Of a stretch of 64,000 nt of DNA, positions 1 to 9,468 are shown one piece after another. Where the stretch lies: the NCBI GenBank assembly GCA_000165345.1, contig CM000436.1:384001-448000 (forward strand). The letters are read 5' to 3'. The translations under genes were made by a program, and so were the position numbers. The first letter of the stretch is position 1. Every line of letters starts with the position of its first letter. The notes beneath the pieces are model-generated. The model did not search any database and had not been told where the DNA came from. It saw only the letters and a list, made by a program, of their open reading frames with translations.

Positions 1-527
1 TGACTAGAATCTTGATGAAATGGATGTTCAAGCATTTTTGCTGTTATTTTATAATAAGTTGGACATTTTTCCAATCCAAGACCAAGTATGGAAATCTCAT
101 TACTAATAGTCTCAAAGTATTGTCTAGGTTCAATTAATGAAGAATCATCTGGATCCACTGAATATATATGAATAGAAGCTTTATTTTTTGCATCTTCAAT
201 TTCATTCTTTTCATTGAATATTCTATAGTTAACATAAATAACATCAGAGAAACCATATGGTCTACTAGACTTTGGATAATTTAAAATAATTCTTTGCTCT
301 TTAGTTGGTCGTTGATTTATTATGATTGGCTTTGAAACTAATCCATTTTCCACTAAGTTATTAATATTCACAAAATTTTTAGTTCCATTGAGTATTAATA
401 TTAAATAATGACCAGGAACTACGTCATCAGTAATAGTAATTGAATATGATCCGGTATTTGGCATATTCCATCTTTTTAAAGAGATTTCTTTAAGTTTTTC
501 ATAAATATTGTTATCATTAGAATTCAT
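1..527 (-). CDS. Hypothetical protein, partial (runs off the window at coordinate 1; C-terminus not in window)
   Basis: The reverse-strand frame is open from an ATG (plus-strand 'cat' at about 525-527) to coordinate 1, at least 175 codons, reading MNSNDNNIYEKLKEISLKRWNMPNTGSY.... The ORF track omitted it because it is edge-truncated. I recognise no motif. Confidence 0.45.
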   Translation of the reverse strand, partial: MNSNDNNIYEKLKEISLKRWNMPNTGSYSITITDDVVPGHYLILILNGTKNFVNINNLVENGLVSKPIIINQRPTKEQRIILNYPKSSRPYGFSDVIYVNYRIFNEKNEIEDAKNKASIHIYSVDPDDSSLIEPRQYFETISNEISILGLGLEKCPTYYKITAKMLEHPFHQDSS

Positions 528-1189
528 CAGATTTTTATCTAAAATCAGGAAATCTTGAATTTTTACCAAAGATAAATCAATTATTTGCTCTGGGAAAAAG
601 TACCAGCTATTCCAATTTAATGCAATACTTTCCTTTTTTGACACTTGGTCATTGCTATTTTCGTATCTTAATTGAGCTGTGTTTATCATTACTTCTTATT
701 ATAAAGAAAACTTGTAATATTATTATTTTTATTGTTTAGCCTGATTAACTTTTGAACAGTAACATTCGAAGCAAAATAAGAGAAAAGAAAAGCGAAAAAA
801 ATATTGGGATTCTCCTATAGCAAAATGAGTTCATTATTTTGCTTATTCTATTATATTTATTATTTAATAGGAGAAAAATATAAAAATAATCCAATAAAAA
901 AGATAATTATAATTAATAAAAAAGTAAAAATAAATCCCTTCACAAATATTTCTGAACAAACGAGAATACGTTCATTATCCATTTAAATATTCAAAAATTA
1001 TATTCCTCAGGAATAAAATATATACTTAAAAAATAATAATTAAAGCGAAGACAAGTCATTCTTTTTTTTTTCCTCCTTAAAACATTCTTATACATGTGAG
1101 GAACTCTTACATGCAAATTATTATGACCTTTATTTAATAATTATTTAATACAAATTTCCAAATATAACTTTTTCCAAAATACTAAATTT

Positions 1190-1290
1190 TTCTTCTATCC
1201 ACATGCAATTGCGTGTTTGCATTTGCATGCATAAAATATGTAATTGCACAAATACCGGTATGTAAGAAAAATCTTATGTGGACAAAAAAA
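1190..1290. promoter_or_regulatory. Composite intergenic motif cluster (TCCACATGCAATTGCG ... GCATTTGCATGCAT ... ATACCGGTATG ... ATGTGGACA)
   Basis: Read directly in the sequence. The same module of GCATGC + ACCGGTA + TGTGGACA recurs in at least 8 other intergenic regions of this window. Confidence 0.5.
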
Positions 1291-1403
1291 TGATATTAAC
1301 GGGTTCATTGAGATAATTTTTTTTTCTTTAAAAAAAAATTAGTTAATAATTGATATAGTAATGAACATATGAAAAATATGAGTTGATAAAGAAAAACGAA
1401 CGA

Positions 1404-2303
1404 TTAGTTGGTGCCAGTAATTCCGTGGCCACGAGTGGAAGAAGCTGTAGATAACGGCTGCTCAAGTTCTGGATTGTGTGTAGGACAGCACTTAAAGAGC
1501 TCCATCATTGCTGATTGGACCTTAAGCTTAAGTTCTTCAATATCCATGTCTTTAGTAACTTGAATTGGATCACCATAAGCAACGTAAGCAGTTCCCAAAT
1601 CAAGAAGAGGTTCTCCTAAGGGCCAGAGAGACCAATTATTATGGGAAACAACTGGAAGAATTTCAGACTCATGCTCAATTGCAAATTTAAAGAAGCCATT
1701 TTTGAATGGCTGTAATCTTCTAAGTTTAGACCTAGTTCCTTCTGGATAAATTACTTGACCAATACCCAACTTTTGAAGTTCTGCGCATCTATTAAACATG
1801 GGTTCAATTGTACCACTCTTGATTCCCCATCCGCCTTTCTCCTTTGTGAAGTAAATTGGAAGATCATAAGTTAATGATATAGCACAATTTACAATGGGTA
1901 CTTTAAGTAAGTCAGCTTTGTATACATATTTAAATTCCCAAGGAAAATGAGTTGAAGAAATTATCCAAGGATCAGCTGTTGATAAATGGTTAGTCATTAT
2001 AAGAGTGTTACTCGGCTTATAGTTTCTTTTCGGCTCCCTAGTTATTTTAACTGTCCAAAAAGGATTTGTCCAAATTACTAGAAGAGCATTCCAGAATCTA
2101 AAAGCTTGTCCCATAATTATTATCTTGAATTTTTCATTATAAAGAAGGTAAGGGAACAGAAATATCCAAAGTAAAATTTGAGTAATTAATCCCAAAATAA
2201 TTGAAATACAAATCATTGAATAAGTGTAAACTGTTACAATAAATCTTAACCATTTTGGGTTTGAAGACTTTCTAATCGAAGTCATTGTTTGCTCCTCTGC
2301 CAT
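1404..2303 (-). CDS. Lysophospholipid / 1-acyl-sn-glycerol-3-phosphate acyltransferase (PlsC/AGPAT family)
   Basis: Acyltransferase motif I NHLSTAD (NHx4D) and motif III YPEGTRS, then FKNGFF, with N-terminal transmembrane helices. The track start at 2321 is TTG; the first in-frame ATG gives MAEEQTMTS... at about 2303. Confidence 0.75.
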   Translation of the reverse strand: MAEEQTMTSIRKSSNPKWLRFIVTVYTYSMICISIILGLITQILLWIFLFPYLLYNEKFKIIIMGQAFRFWNALLVIWTNPFWTVKITREPKRNYKPSNTLIMTNHLSTADPWIISSTHFPWEFKYVYKADLLKVPIVNCAISLTYDLPIYFTKEKGGWGIKSGTIEPMFNRCAELQKLGIGQVIYPEGTRSKLRRLQPFKNGFFKFAIEHESEILPVVSHNNWSLWPLGEPLLDLGTAYVAYGDPIQVTKDMDIEELKLKVQSAMMELFKCCPTHNPELEQPLSTASSTRGHGITGTN

Positions 2304-2905
2304 TCTTTTAAAATTTCTCAAGTAATATCAGCAAGCTCCTGTTAGAATCAATGATTTTCTTCAAATAATTTCCACTGATGAATTAAAAAGAAAAAAGGTT
2401 AATTCCAAATATTCTTTTAAACAACTACAGCTTTATTATTGTTATTATTGCTACTATTATTTTCCCTCTTTTAAGGTTGTAAATTCTTAATGGAAAAATA
2501 GTACCTATTTGGAGACTTGCCCGCCAATTACGTGGGGTATAAATGTAAATATAAATTTTACATGATAATTGAAAGAAAAAAAAATTGAAAAAAAAAATAT
2601 ATATAATAATATATTGAGATACAAAATTTTATCAACCAAGTTTTGATTATTATTTTAAGCTGGAGATCTCATTTTATTCTTGACTTTTTACAACAAATTA
2701 TCATTTAATGTAATCAAGAAAAAGATATTAAGTTCAAGTAACGTTAAGGGAACACATTAATACAATAATTAAAAGTCAATTATTGTTTTTTCTTTCTTAA
2801 TCTAAAAAAAATACTTATATTAATAATATATATATGTATATTACAGTCCTATATTCAGTAATTCAAGAGAAATAAAGTTTTTCTTCAATTTATTATAAAA
2901 CAATT

Positions 2906-4613
2906 ATGTTATTGGGATCGCATTTAAGAAAAAATCCTATAGAAATCCGAGATTTACAAAAACCATTTAAAAATAGAAATAATATTGGTAAGTTAATCCA
3001 TCAAATTTTTTTTTTTATTATTTAATAATAACATAATTTCAGAATACGATCAAAATCCATACAATGAAAATGTTTTTCAAGAATGCTCTTATGTATTATC
3101 AACTTATGACGATAGTTCTCTCTTTTCATTAAATTTGAACTCATTAAGCATCAATTTATTTAGAGAATATGTTACGGATAGATTGGCAATTCTTCATTTT
3201 ATTGACTCTAAATCGAAGCTCGAAGATAATAATACAAGAACTTTAACAGATTCAACAAATAGATCGTTATTAGAAAAACTTCTTTCTGAAAAAGGATTTA
3301 AATTATTTGATTCTTTAACTCCAATTAATAAAACAAGTCCATCGCATTTAGAAAATTGTTGGAGAAAAGATCTTTTAAGTCATTTCTTACTTAAGCTATG
3401 CTTTATGAACAATAAAGAAAAACAAGAATGGTTTATTGAACAAGAAATTAAATTACTTTTATTTAAATTATCCACAATAATTAATAGTAATTTATTCAAT
3501 CAAAAAAGAGATAATATTAAAAGCAGTAAATCATTTATTATTGAAAAATTACTCAAAATGTATGGCGTCAATTATCCTATTTGGAATTTAGACCAAATTA
3601 AAAATCAAAATAACATTAATGATTCTGAAACTCATCAAGCAAAAAAACTTTGGGAAGATGCTGTTTCTGTTATAACAAATGGACATCTTATTAAAAGATT
3701 ATTTAAAATACCTTTTTGGCCAGATGGATTTAGATTTATTAAAAATAGAAAATACTTCATTAAAGATGGAATATGTTTTATTCCTGACACTGAAATTGAA
3801 TCATTATTTATATATAAATATAAAAAAGAACTAATTAACTCATTTATTAATTTAAAAGAAAATGAAATAATATTAGAAAAAACTATCCTTTCAGATCAAA
3901 GAGTTTCATCATTAATTCGAGAAATTTCAGAATTTTATTTCACAAGTAATGATTTTAGAGGTGGAGGATCATTATTATCATCACCATTTAATTCTTTATC
4001 AGAAAATCAAGCTATTGAAAACTTTAAATTAGATACTTCAAATATATATCAAGTTTATCTTTCTTCATTTCCATTGTGTATGCGTCATCTATTTGAAAGT
4101 TTAAAAAAAGATCATCATTTAAAACATTGGAGTCGTCTTCAACTTTGGTTATTCCTTAAAGGATGTGGAATGAAACTTGAAGAACAACTTTCTTTATGGA
4201 AGTCACTTTGGACTGATGCTAATTCTTTTGATAAAGAAATTAAATATAATATTCGTCATGCTTATGGGCAAGAAGGAAAAAGAAGTAATTATTCACCTTA
4301 TCCTTGCAATAAAATTATTAATGGATTACCTCTTCCTGGAAATGGACAAAATCATGGATGCCCTTTTAAAACTTTCGATAATTATCCATTACAAAAATTA
4401 TTACAAACTTATTATGGTCATATTATACCCAATGAAGATATTAAAAATATTACACAACTTTCTAAATCTGGTCATTATCAATTATCTTGTATACAATTAT
4501 TTAAATCATTGCATTTAAAATCTGACTCTGATGGTATTGGTAATCATCCAAATTCATATTTTAAAAAATCTATTCAAAATCATATTAATATTGAAAATAA
4601 TAAAAATAATTAA
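2906..4613 (+). CDS. DNA primase large subunit (PriL/PRIM2); probable two exons: 2906..2987 and 3043..4613
   Basis: Strong similarity to eukaryotic PriL: FLLKLCFMNNKEKQEWFIEQEIKLLLFKL resembles human [29 protein letters not shown]. The conserved FPLCMRHLFESLKKDHHLKHWSRLQLWLFLKGCGM, IRHAYGQEGKRSNYSPYPCNKII and the Fe-S cluster HGCPF are present. The track ORF begins with TTG at 3135. There is an upstream ATG at 2906, a canonical donor GGTAAGT at 2988, and an acceptor TTTCAG ending at 3042 (55-nt intron). Joining them keeps the frame (phase 1) and gives MLLGSHLRKNPIEIRDLQKPFKNRNNIG|EYDQNPYNEN.... Confidence 0.8.
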
Positions 4614-4624
4614 TTAGTATTAAT

Positions 4625-7600
4625 TTATAATAATATTTTTATTTTCCAATTATAGTCACCAAAATTTATTTGATTATCATTTTCTTCAAGATTTATTTCT
4701 ATTGAATATAAACTTCCTCTTATTAAATTATTATCTCCAAAATATTTACTTTTAATTAATTTATATTTTAATTTTTGAAAAATTAATGAATTATTATTAA
4801 TAGTATTTTTTTCCAATATTATTTCTTTTGGTTTTATCATTATACCTTTAATTTCTATTTTATTAATTTTTTTATTATATTTATGATTAATATTATTAAT
4901 TTGCTTAAATTTGAATATATCACTTAAATCTTCATCTAATAATGATAATATATGATGATTATCATTATTATAACTCATTATATTATTTTTTAATTTATAT
5001 TCTTTTTCTTTAATATAAATTTCAAATCCAAAATTTTCTTTAAATAATCTTAATTTATCTTTTTGGTAATTTTCATCAAATGTTGATAATAATATATTTT
5101 TCTCCATAATATTATCAATAATATTTAAACAATAATTATCAATATTTTTCTTAAAATTATTATGATATAAAGTAAATATTATATCATCAAAAATATATTC
5201 ATTTCTTAAATATGAATATGTTTCACCATCATCTAAATAAATACTTCCTTCTGAATGTAATGTTAATATATCAATCATATAATTATTATAAACAAATTCT
5301 TCATTTATATAATCATAAGATGTTATTTTTGGAAATAAAATCTTATTTTTAAATTTATTACTATCCAATAATTTACCAGTTAAATATATTATTAATTTTA
5401 TTGGATTTTTTAATTGTTCTTTGCTTGATAATATATTAGATTTTGAAGAATATGGTATAATACTTCCTCCTTTAACAAAATCTGGAGTACTATTCATATA
5501 TTTATTATCAAAATATTGTTTTTTTGAATCAATATACATTTCTTCAGTATATAAATTATACCATATTTTATATAAATAATCTTTATTATTATTATTATAA
5601 TTAAAATTACATATATAATAATGTAATTGTATAATTGTAAATAAATTAAATCCAATCGAATTTATCATAAATGAATCTCCAACCAAAAAACTATTATTAA
5701 TTGATCTTAAATTAAAATCTTTTTGATTTAACCAAAAAAGTGGTTTAATTATTGGAATACCATAAAATGAATATTTAGCTAATAATGTATACCAATATGG
5801 AATTAATGAATATCTTAATTCAATGTACTTTTTTACAATTTTTGATGAAAAAATAAAATCCCTGCTTATTGAATTCATTGAATTATGAATTCTGTAAAAT
5901 GGAAACCATATTCCTAATTGAAACCATCTTATTAATAAATCATGATTAACAATCCCATCAAATCCACCAATATCTGATCCTGTTAGTGAAAAGCCACAAA
6001 TTGCATTTCTAACATTTGTAATAGTTGTATAATAATAATAATTCCGACTAGATTCTGTATCTCCTGTCCAAATATTTGAATATCTATGTGATCCAAACCA
6101 AAATGATCTTGTTAATATAAAAGGACGTCTTTCTCCTTGAAATTTTCTGATTAATCCATTAAAAGCATATTTAACATGATAAAATGAATATAATGAATGC
6201 ACTTGTCTATCATCTAAACCATTATTTCCAAATTCAACTTGTTTAGGTAATGATAATTCTGGTAATTTAAATACTGATGGCTCATTCATATCTAACCAAT
6301 ATCCTATGTTTTCATGTACTTTATACATTTCTTGAAAATATTTGGAATAGTAATTTCCAACATTTTTTGAAAATAAATTCAAATATTTGGATGGTCCTGG
6401 CCAACATTCACCAATAAAATCATAAATTTGATTATTTTTAGGATAAGAAAGATTTGGTATTTTAATCCATGGTGAGTCAAAAGGTCTAGAAATAAATCTT
6501 GAATTACTTATATTATCTTGCTTTATGATTAATTGAATCTGACAATTAACTTTTAAAATTAAAATGGGAAATATTTTAATGATAAATAGAAATCTAAACA
6601 TTCTTTTATAACTTAATGTTATTCTTGAGAAATTTTTATTGCAATACTTTAATTTTTCAAAAAATGAGTATACAAAATAACCTTTATTAATATTAATATG
6701 TGGATCTGAAATAATTATTAAATGTTTATTTTCATCTTTTAATTTCTGGATCATTTTATTCATATTTGGAAAAGCTGTTTTATTCCATGTAAAATATTGT
6801 TTATCAAAAGTATGTTCAATATCCAACCAAATACTATCATATGGTATATTATTTTTCTCTAATAAATTTTGAATAGTATATACTCTATTTTCACTTGTAT
6901 ATTCCCATTTACTGTAATGAAATCCTAAAGAAAATCTTGGAGCAAAATATGGAAATCCCATAATAATTCCTAAATTATAATATAATTCTTCTAATTGTGT
7001 TGAAGTTAAAATCACCAAATCAAGAATTCCAGTTTCAGAAACCCACCATGTATCCAAATATTTTTCTGAATTAAAATTATTCATTTTATTAATTTTTACA
7101 TATGTATCGGAAGGATTAATCCATAATATACTAGAAAATAAAACTTGATTTTTTTGTTCATGATCAAAATCACTGATAGAAATTAACATAGGAGAAGAAC
7201 CATATATTGGATCAGTTGAATTGAGTTTGTATTTATAATTGTCAACATTATAAAATCTATAAGGTTCATCAAAATCTTGCAAATTTAATGAAGTTGTTTT
7301 TTCTGCTAATCCATATGTATCATTACATGAATGTATTTGAATGTCAGTTCCTACAGCAGTTGGCCCATAGTATTTATAATCAACAAAATTTTCAAATACT
7401 TCTTGCCAAATACCCCTTGAATATATATCAACAGAATCTATAATATCAATAATATCTTCTCCAAAATAAAGAATATTTTTAATGCTTTGCTTTAAACGTT
7501 TATAAAAATTGAACCATTTGAAATTTTTAAAATTATATATTGTTTCTTGTAATACATCTTTATAGCTATTTATATTGATTTTACGATTAAAATGAGTGTT

Positions 7601-8332
7601 TATTGTATTAGTTTGGGAATGAATTCTTCCACTCCTGTCAAAATTAAAGAATTGATTACCATTAATAGTAGCAATTTTCTTATTACAAAGAAAAGATTCT
7701 ATTTTGAAAGGATTTAACTGTATCTCAAGAATATATTTACAATTATCAGTTTCCTTGGATTTTTTGTAAACAATTTCTCTAATAATAGTCATTTTTATTA
7801 GGTTTTTACTCATCTTGATATGAATATCAGAATCTTCTTCATTGATTAAATACCCCCCTACCAAGTTATCTTTAAACATTACTTCTTTTCCAACTTTAAA
7901 TCTTTTATAATCTGATAGTCCTGTACCAGTATCATCAATTTGAAGTCTGAAAAACCCTAATTTGAATATAAATAAATTACATTTTAAAAATGGAATTTTG
8001 GGATAATTTGTATTCTTCAATTCAAAATATAAAGTACTACACTCTTCTGAATTTCTTAAATCCAAGTTAGAATTTTTTTTACTTAATTTACAATTTTTGA
8101 AAAATTCCAATTTTTCTGGATTTACCGACCATATTGAATTAATTGCATCTTTTTTCTTATTATCTCCATTACTATTAGATTTTTTCCTAATATATTCCAC
8201 AAACTTTCTATATCTAAGACAAAATGCGTTTTCTTTACATTTTTTAAATTTCGTCTCATTCGAATTGTCAAAGTTGATTATAAATAAGAATAAAGCCCAC
8301 AAAAAGAATGAAACAGAACCAAACTTCATCAT
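4625..8332 (-). CDS. Glycoside hydrolase family 31 alpha-glucosidase (ER glucosidase II alpha subunit-like) with signal peptide and C-terminal low-complexity extension
   Basis: N-terminal signal peptide, then the glucosidase II-type FKKCKENAFCLRYRK. GH31 signatures include WLDIEHTFDKQYFTW and the catalytic-nucleophile motif GYWLDMNEPSVF, plus SRSFWFGSHRYSNIWTGD, GSDIGGF and the terminal YLDDGETYSY. The ATG at 8330-8332 reads MMKFGS. Confidence 0.85.
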   Translation of the reverse strand: MMKFGSVSFFLWALFLFIINFDNSNETKFKKCKENAFCLRYRKFVEYIRKKSNSNGDNKKKDAINSIWSVNPEKLEFFKNCKLSKKNSNLDLRNSEECSTLYFELKNTNYPKIPFLKCNLFIFKLGFFRLQIDDTGTGLSDYKRFKVGKEVMFKDNLVGGYLINEEDSDIHIKMSKNLIKMTIIREIVYKKSKETDNCKYILEIQLNPFKIESFLCNKKIATINGNQFFNFDRSGRIHSQTNTINTHFNRKININSYKDVLQETIYNFKNFKWFNFYKRLKQSIKNILYFGEDIIDIIDSVDIYSRGIWQEVFENFVDYKYYGPTAVGTDIQIHSCNDTYGLAEKTTSLNLQDFDEPYRFYNVDNYKYKLNSTDPIYGSSPMLISISDFDHEQKNQVLFSSILWINPSDTYVKINKMNNFNSEKYLDTWWVSETGILDLVILTSTQLEELYYNLGIIMGFPYFAPRFSLGFHYSKWEYTSENRVYTIQNLLEKNNIPYDSIWLDIEHTFDKQYFTWNKTAFPNMNKMIQKLKDENKHLIIISDPHININKGYFVYSFFEKLKYCNKNFSRITLSYKRMFRFLFIIKIFPILILKVNCQIQLIIKQDNISNSRFISRPFDSPWIKIPNLSYPKNNQIYDFIGECWPGPSKYLNLFSKNVGNYYSKYFQEMYKVHENIGYWLDMNEPSVFKLPELSLPKQVEFGNNGLDDRQVHSLYSFYHVKYAFNGLIRKFQGERRPFILTRSFWFGSHRYSNIWTGDTESSRNYYYYTTITNVRNAICGFSLTGSDIGGFDGIVNHDLLIRWFQLGIWFPFYRIHNSMNSISRDFIFSSKIVKKYIELRYSLIPYWYTLLAKYSFYGIPIIKPLFWLNQKDFNLRSINNSFLVGDSFMINSIGFNLFTIIQLHYYICNFNYNNNNKDYLYKIWYNLYTEEMYIDSKKQYFDNKYMNSTPDFVKGGSIIPYSSKSNILSSKEQLKNPIKLIIYLTGKLLDSNKFKNKILFPKITSYDYINEEFVYNNYMIDILTLHSEGSIYLDDGETYSYLRNEYIFDDIIFTLYHNNFKKNIDNYCLNIIDNIMEKNILLSTFDENYQKDKLRLFKENFGFEIYIKEKEYKLKNNIMSYNNDNHHILSLLDEDLSDIFKFKQINNINHKYNKKINKIEIKGIMIKPKEIILEKNTINNNSLIFQKLKYKLIKSKYFGDNNLIRGSLYSIEINLEENDNQINFGDYNWKIKILL
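6486..6647 (-). other. In-frame 162-nt AT-rich segment inside the GH31 gene. It could be an unspliced intron (GTATTG...TTTCTAG) or a lineage-specific insertion
   Basis: Translated, it is hydrophobic, low-complexity text (KYCNKNFSRITLSYKRMFRFLFIIKIFPILILKVNCQIQLII...) sitting between the conserved HININKGY... and ...YDFIGECWPGPS blocks. Homologues have only a short linker there. It is flanked by a GT donor and a pyrimidine-rich AG acceptor on the coding strand, and its length is a multiple of 3. Confidence 0.35.
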
Positions 8333-8739
8333 CCAAAACTTGTCTTTAAATTTAATAACTTTGTTTTTTGCATTGAAACTGCTTGTTTGTTATTGTCTTT
8401 TATTCATGTGAGAATACTAATTTCAATATAATGGAGTGAAATTTTAAAAATATTTTTTTTTAAATTTAATTATTCTCATAATTTGTAGCGCTCTAATAAT
8501 TTTTTAAATTTTTTTCGATTATAATAAATCTTTCTATAATTCAATCAAAATGCTCCATTTTTATACAAAAGAACTTTATATGATTTCTAATTCTTTAACC
8601 TTTATCCTCATCTTCTTCCTTTCTCATTCTTCTAGTATCACTATAATTTGTACTTTAAATTTAATAATTCATACAATTATTTTTTAACAATATTCTTCAC
8701 GAACTCTTTATTAGATTATTTAGATTTTTTTTTCTTTCA

Positions 8740-8830
8740 AATCATTGTCCACATGCAATTTTCAAACTATTGCAATTCGTAATAATGACGTCATTTAATT
8801 TTTTACTTGCATGCATTGCATGCAGAAATG
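8740..8830. promoter_or_regulatory. Divergent-promoter motif cluster: TGTCCACATGCAATT, CRE-like palindrome TGACGTCA (about 8786-8793), TGCATGCATTGCATGCA
   Basis: Lies in the 1.1-kb intergenic region between the GH31 gene (minus strand, ATG 8332) and the PP2C gene (plus strand, ATG 9469). The motifs were read directly. Confidence 0.5.
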
Positions 8831-9468
8831 CAAGCAGTAGGTAGAAGGTGGGATTAGAATTGAATTAATTTTTTGAAAAATTGGAGAATTAGATTATAAT
8901 TAAAGATTTATGAATGAATAAATTTTTATTTTAATATATATATAAGTGTTCAAGAAGAATATGAAAATGACTAATTTGATAAGTTTATATGAGCTAAATT
9001 AAATTGGAATGAAATTTCTCAAAGATTTGGTTATTAATCAATATTTTTCAAAACTTTGGTAAATGGTTTAATGTGTTAATTTTAAATTTTTAAAATTTAT
9101 ATATAAATATTATGGTTTAAAATGAAGAAAGAATACCTAAACGCCTTTTTTTTTTCTTTGTATAATTTGGAGTCTTTATCTATTATATTCCAATTTAAAA
9201 TGAGGTAAAGTAAACGAATAAATGGAATTTCAACATTGTTAATTTGATTATTTAATCTATAAATATTCGCATTCTTTTTTATATATTAAAAAAAAATGCA
9301 TGTATTACTGACTAGTTAAATACAGCTATGCATGTCTTGTCTGCAGCTAAAATATAAAAAAGAATAAAAATAGAAAAAAATTGATTATCAGGACTGGACC
9401 ATAATTTAAATACAAATTTCAAAGATATAATAAATTTTTGTAAGTTATTATGTGAGTATTTTAGTAAA

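Noticed and set aside
560-700. Possible upstream extension of the first (edge) gene, MINTAQLRYENSND..., from an ATG at about 688
   Set aside because: The frame hits TGA after 41 codons. The only GT..AG pair that could bridge to the downstream frame is 27 nt (GTAAAATTC...TTTTAG), too short for a spliceosomal intron, and it does not restore the frame.
804-986. Small intergenic ORFs (804..986, 8097..8411, 9312..9581, 18477..18659, 55042..55224 and similar)
   Set aside because: AT-rich noise ORFs of 60-104 aa with I/K/N/F-dominated composition, no motifs, often overlapping promoters or longer genes.
4177-4518. 113-aa ORF in an alternative frame within the primase large subunit gene
   Set aside because: Its I/L/K/N-rich composition is what off-frame AT-rich sequence gives. 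The primary frame carries conserved PriL motifs including the Fe-S cluster ligands.
9441-9466. GTAAGT ... TTTTAG pair just upstream of the PP2C ATG
   Set aside because: Only 25 nt apart, below any plausible intron length. Most likely chance occurrence in the 5' leader.
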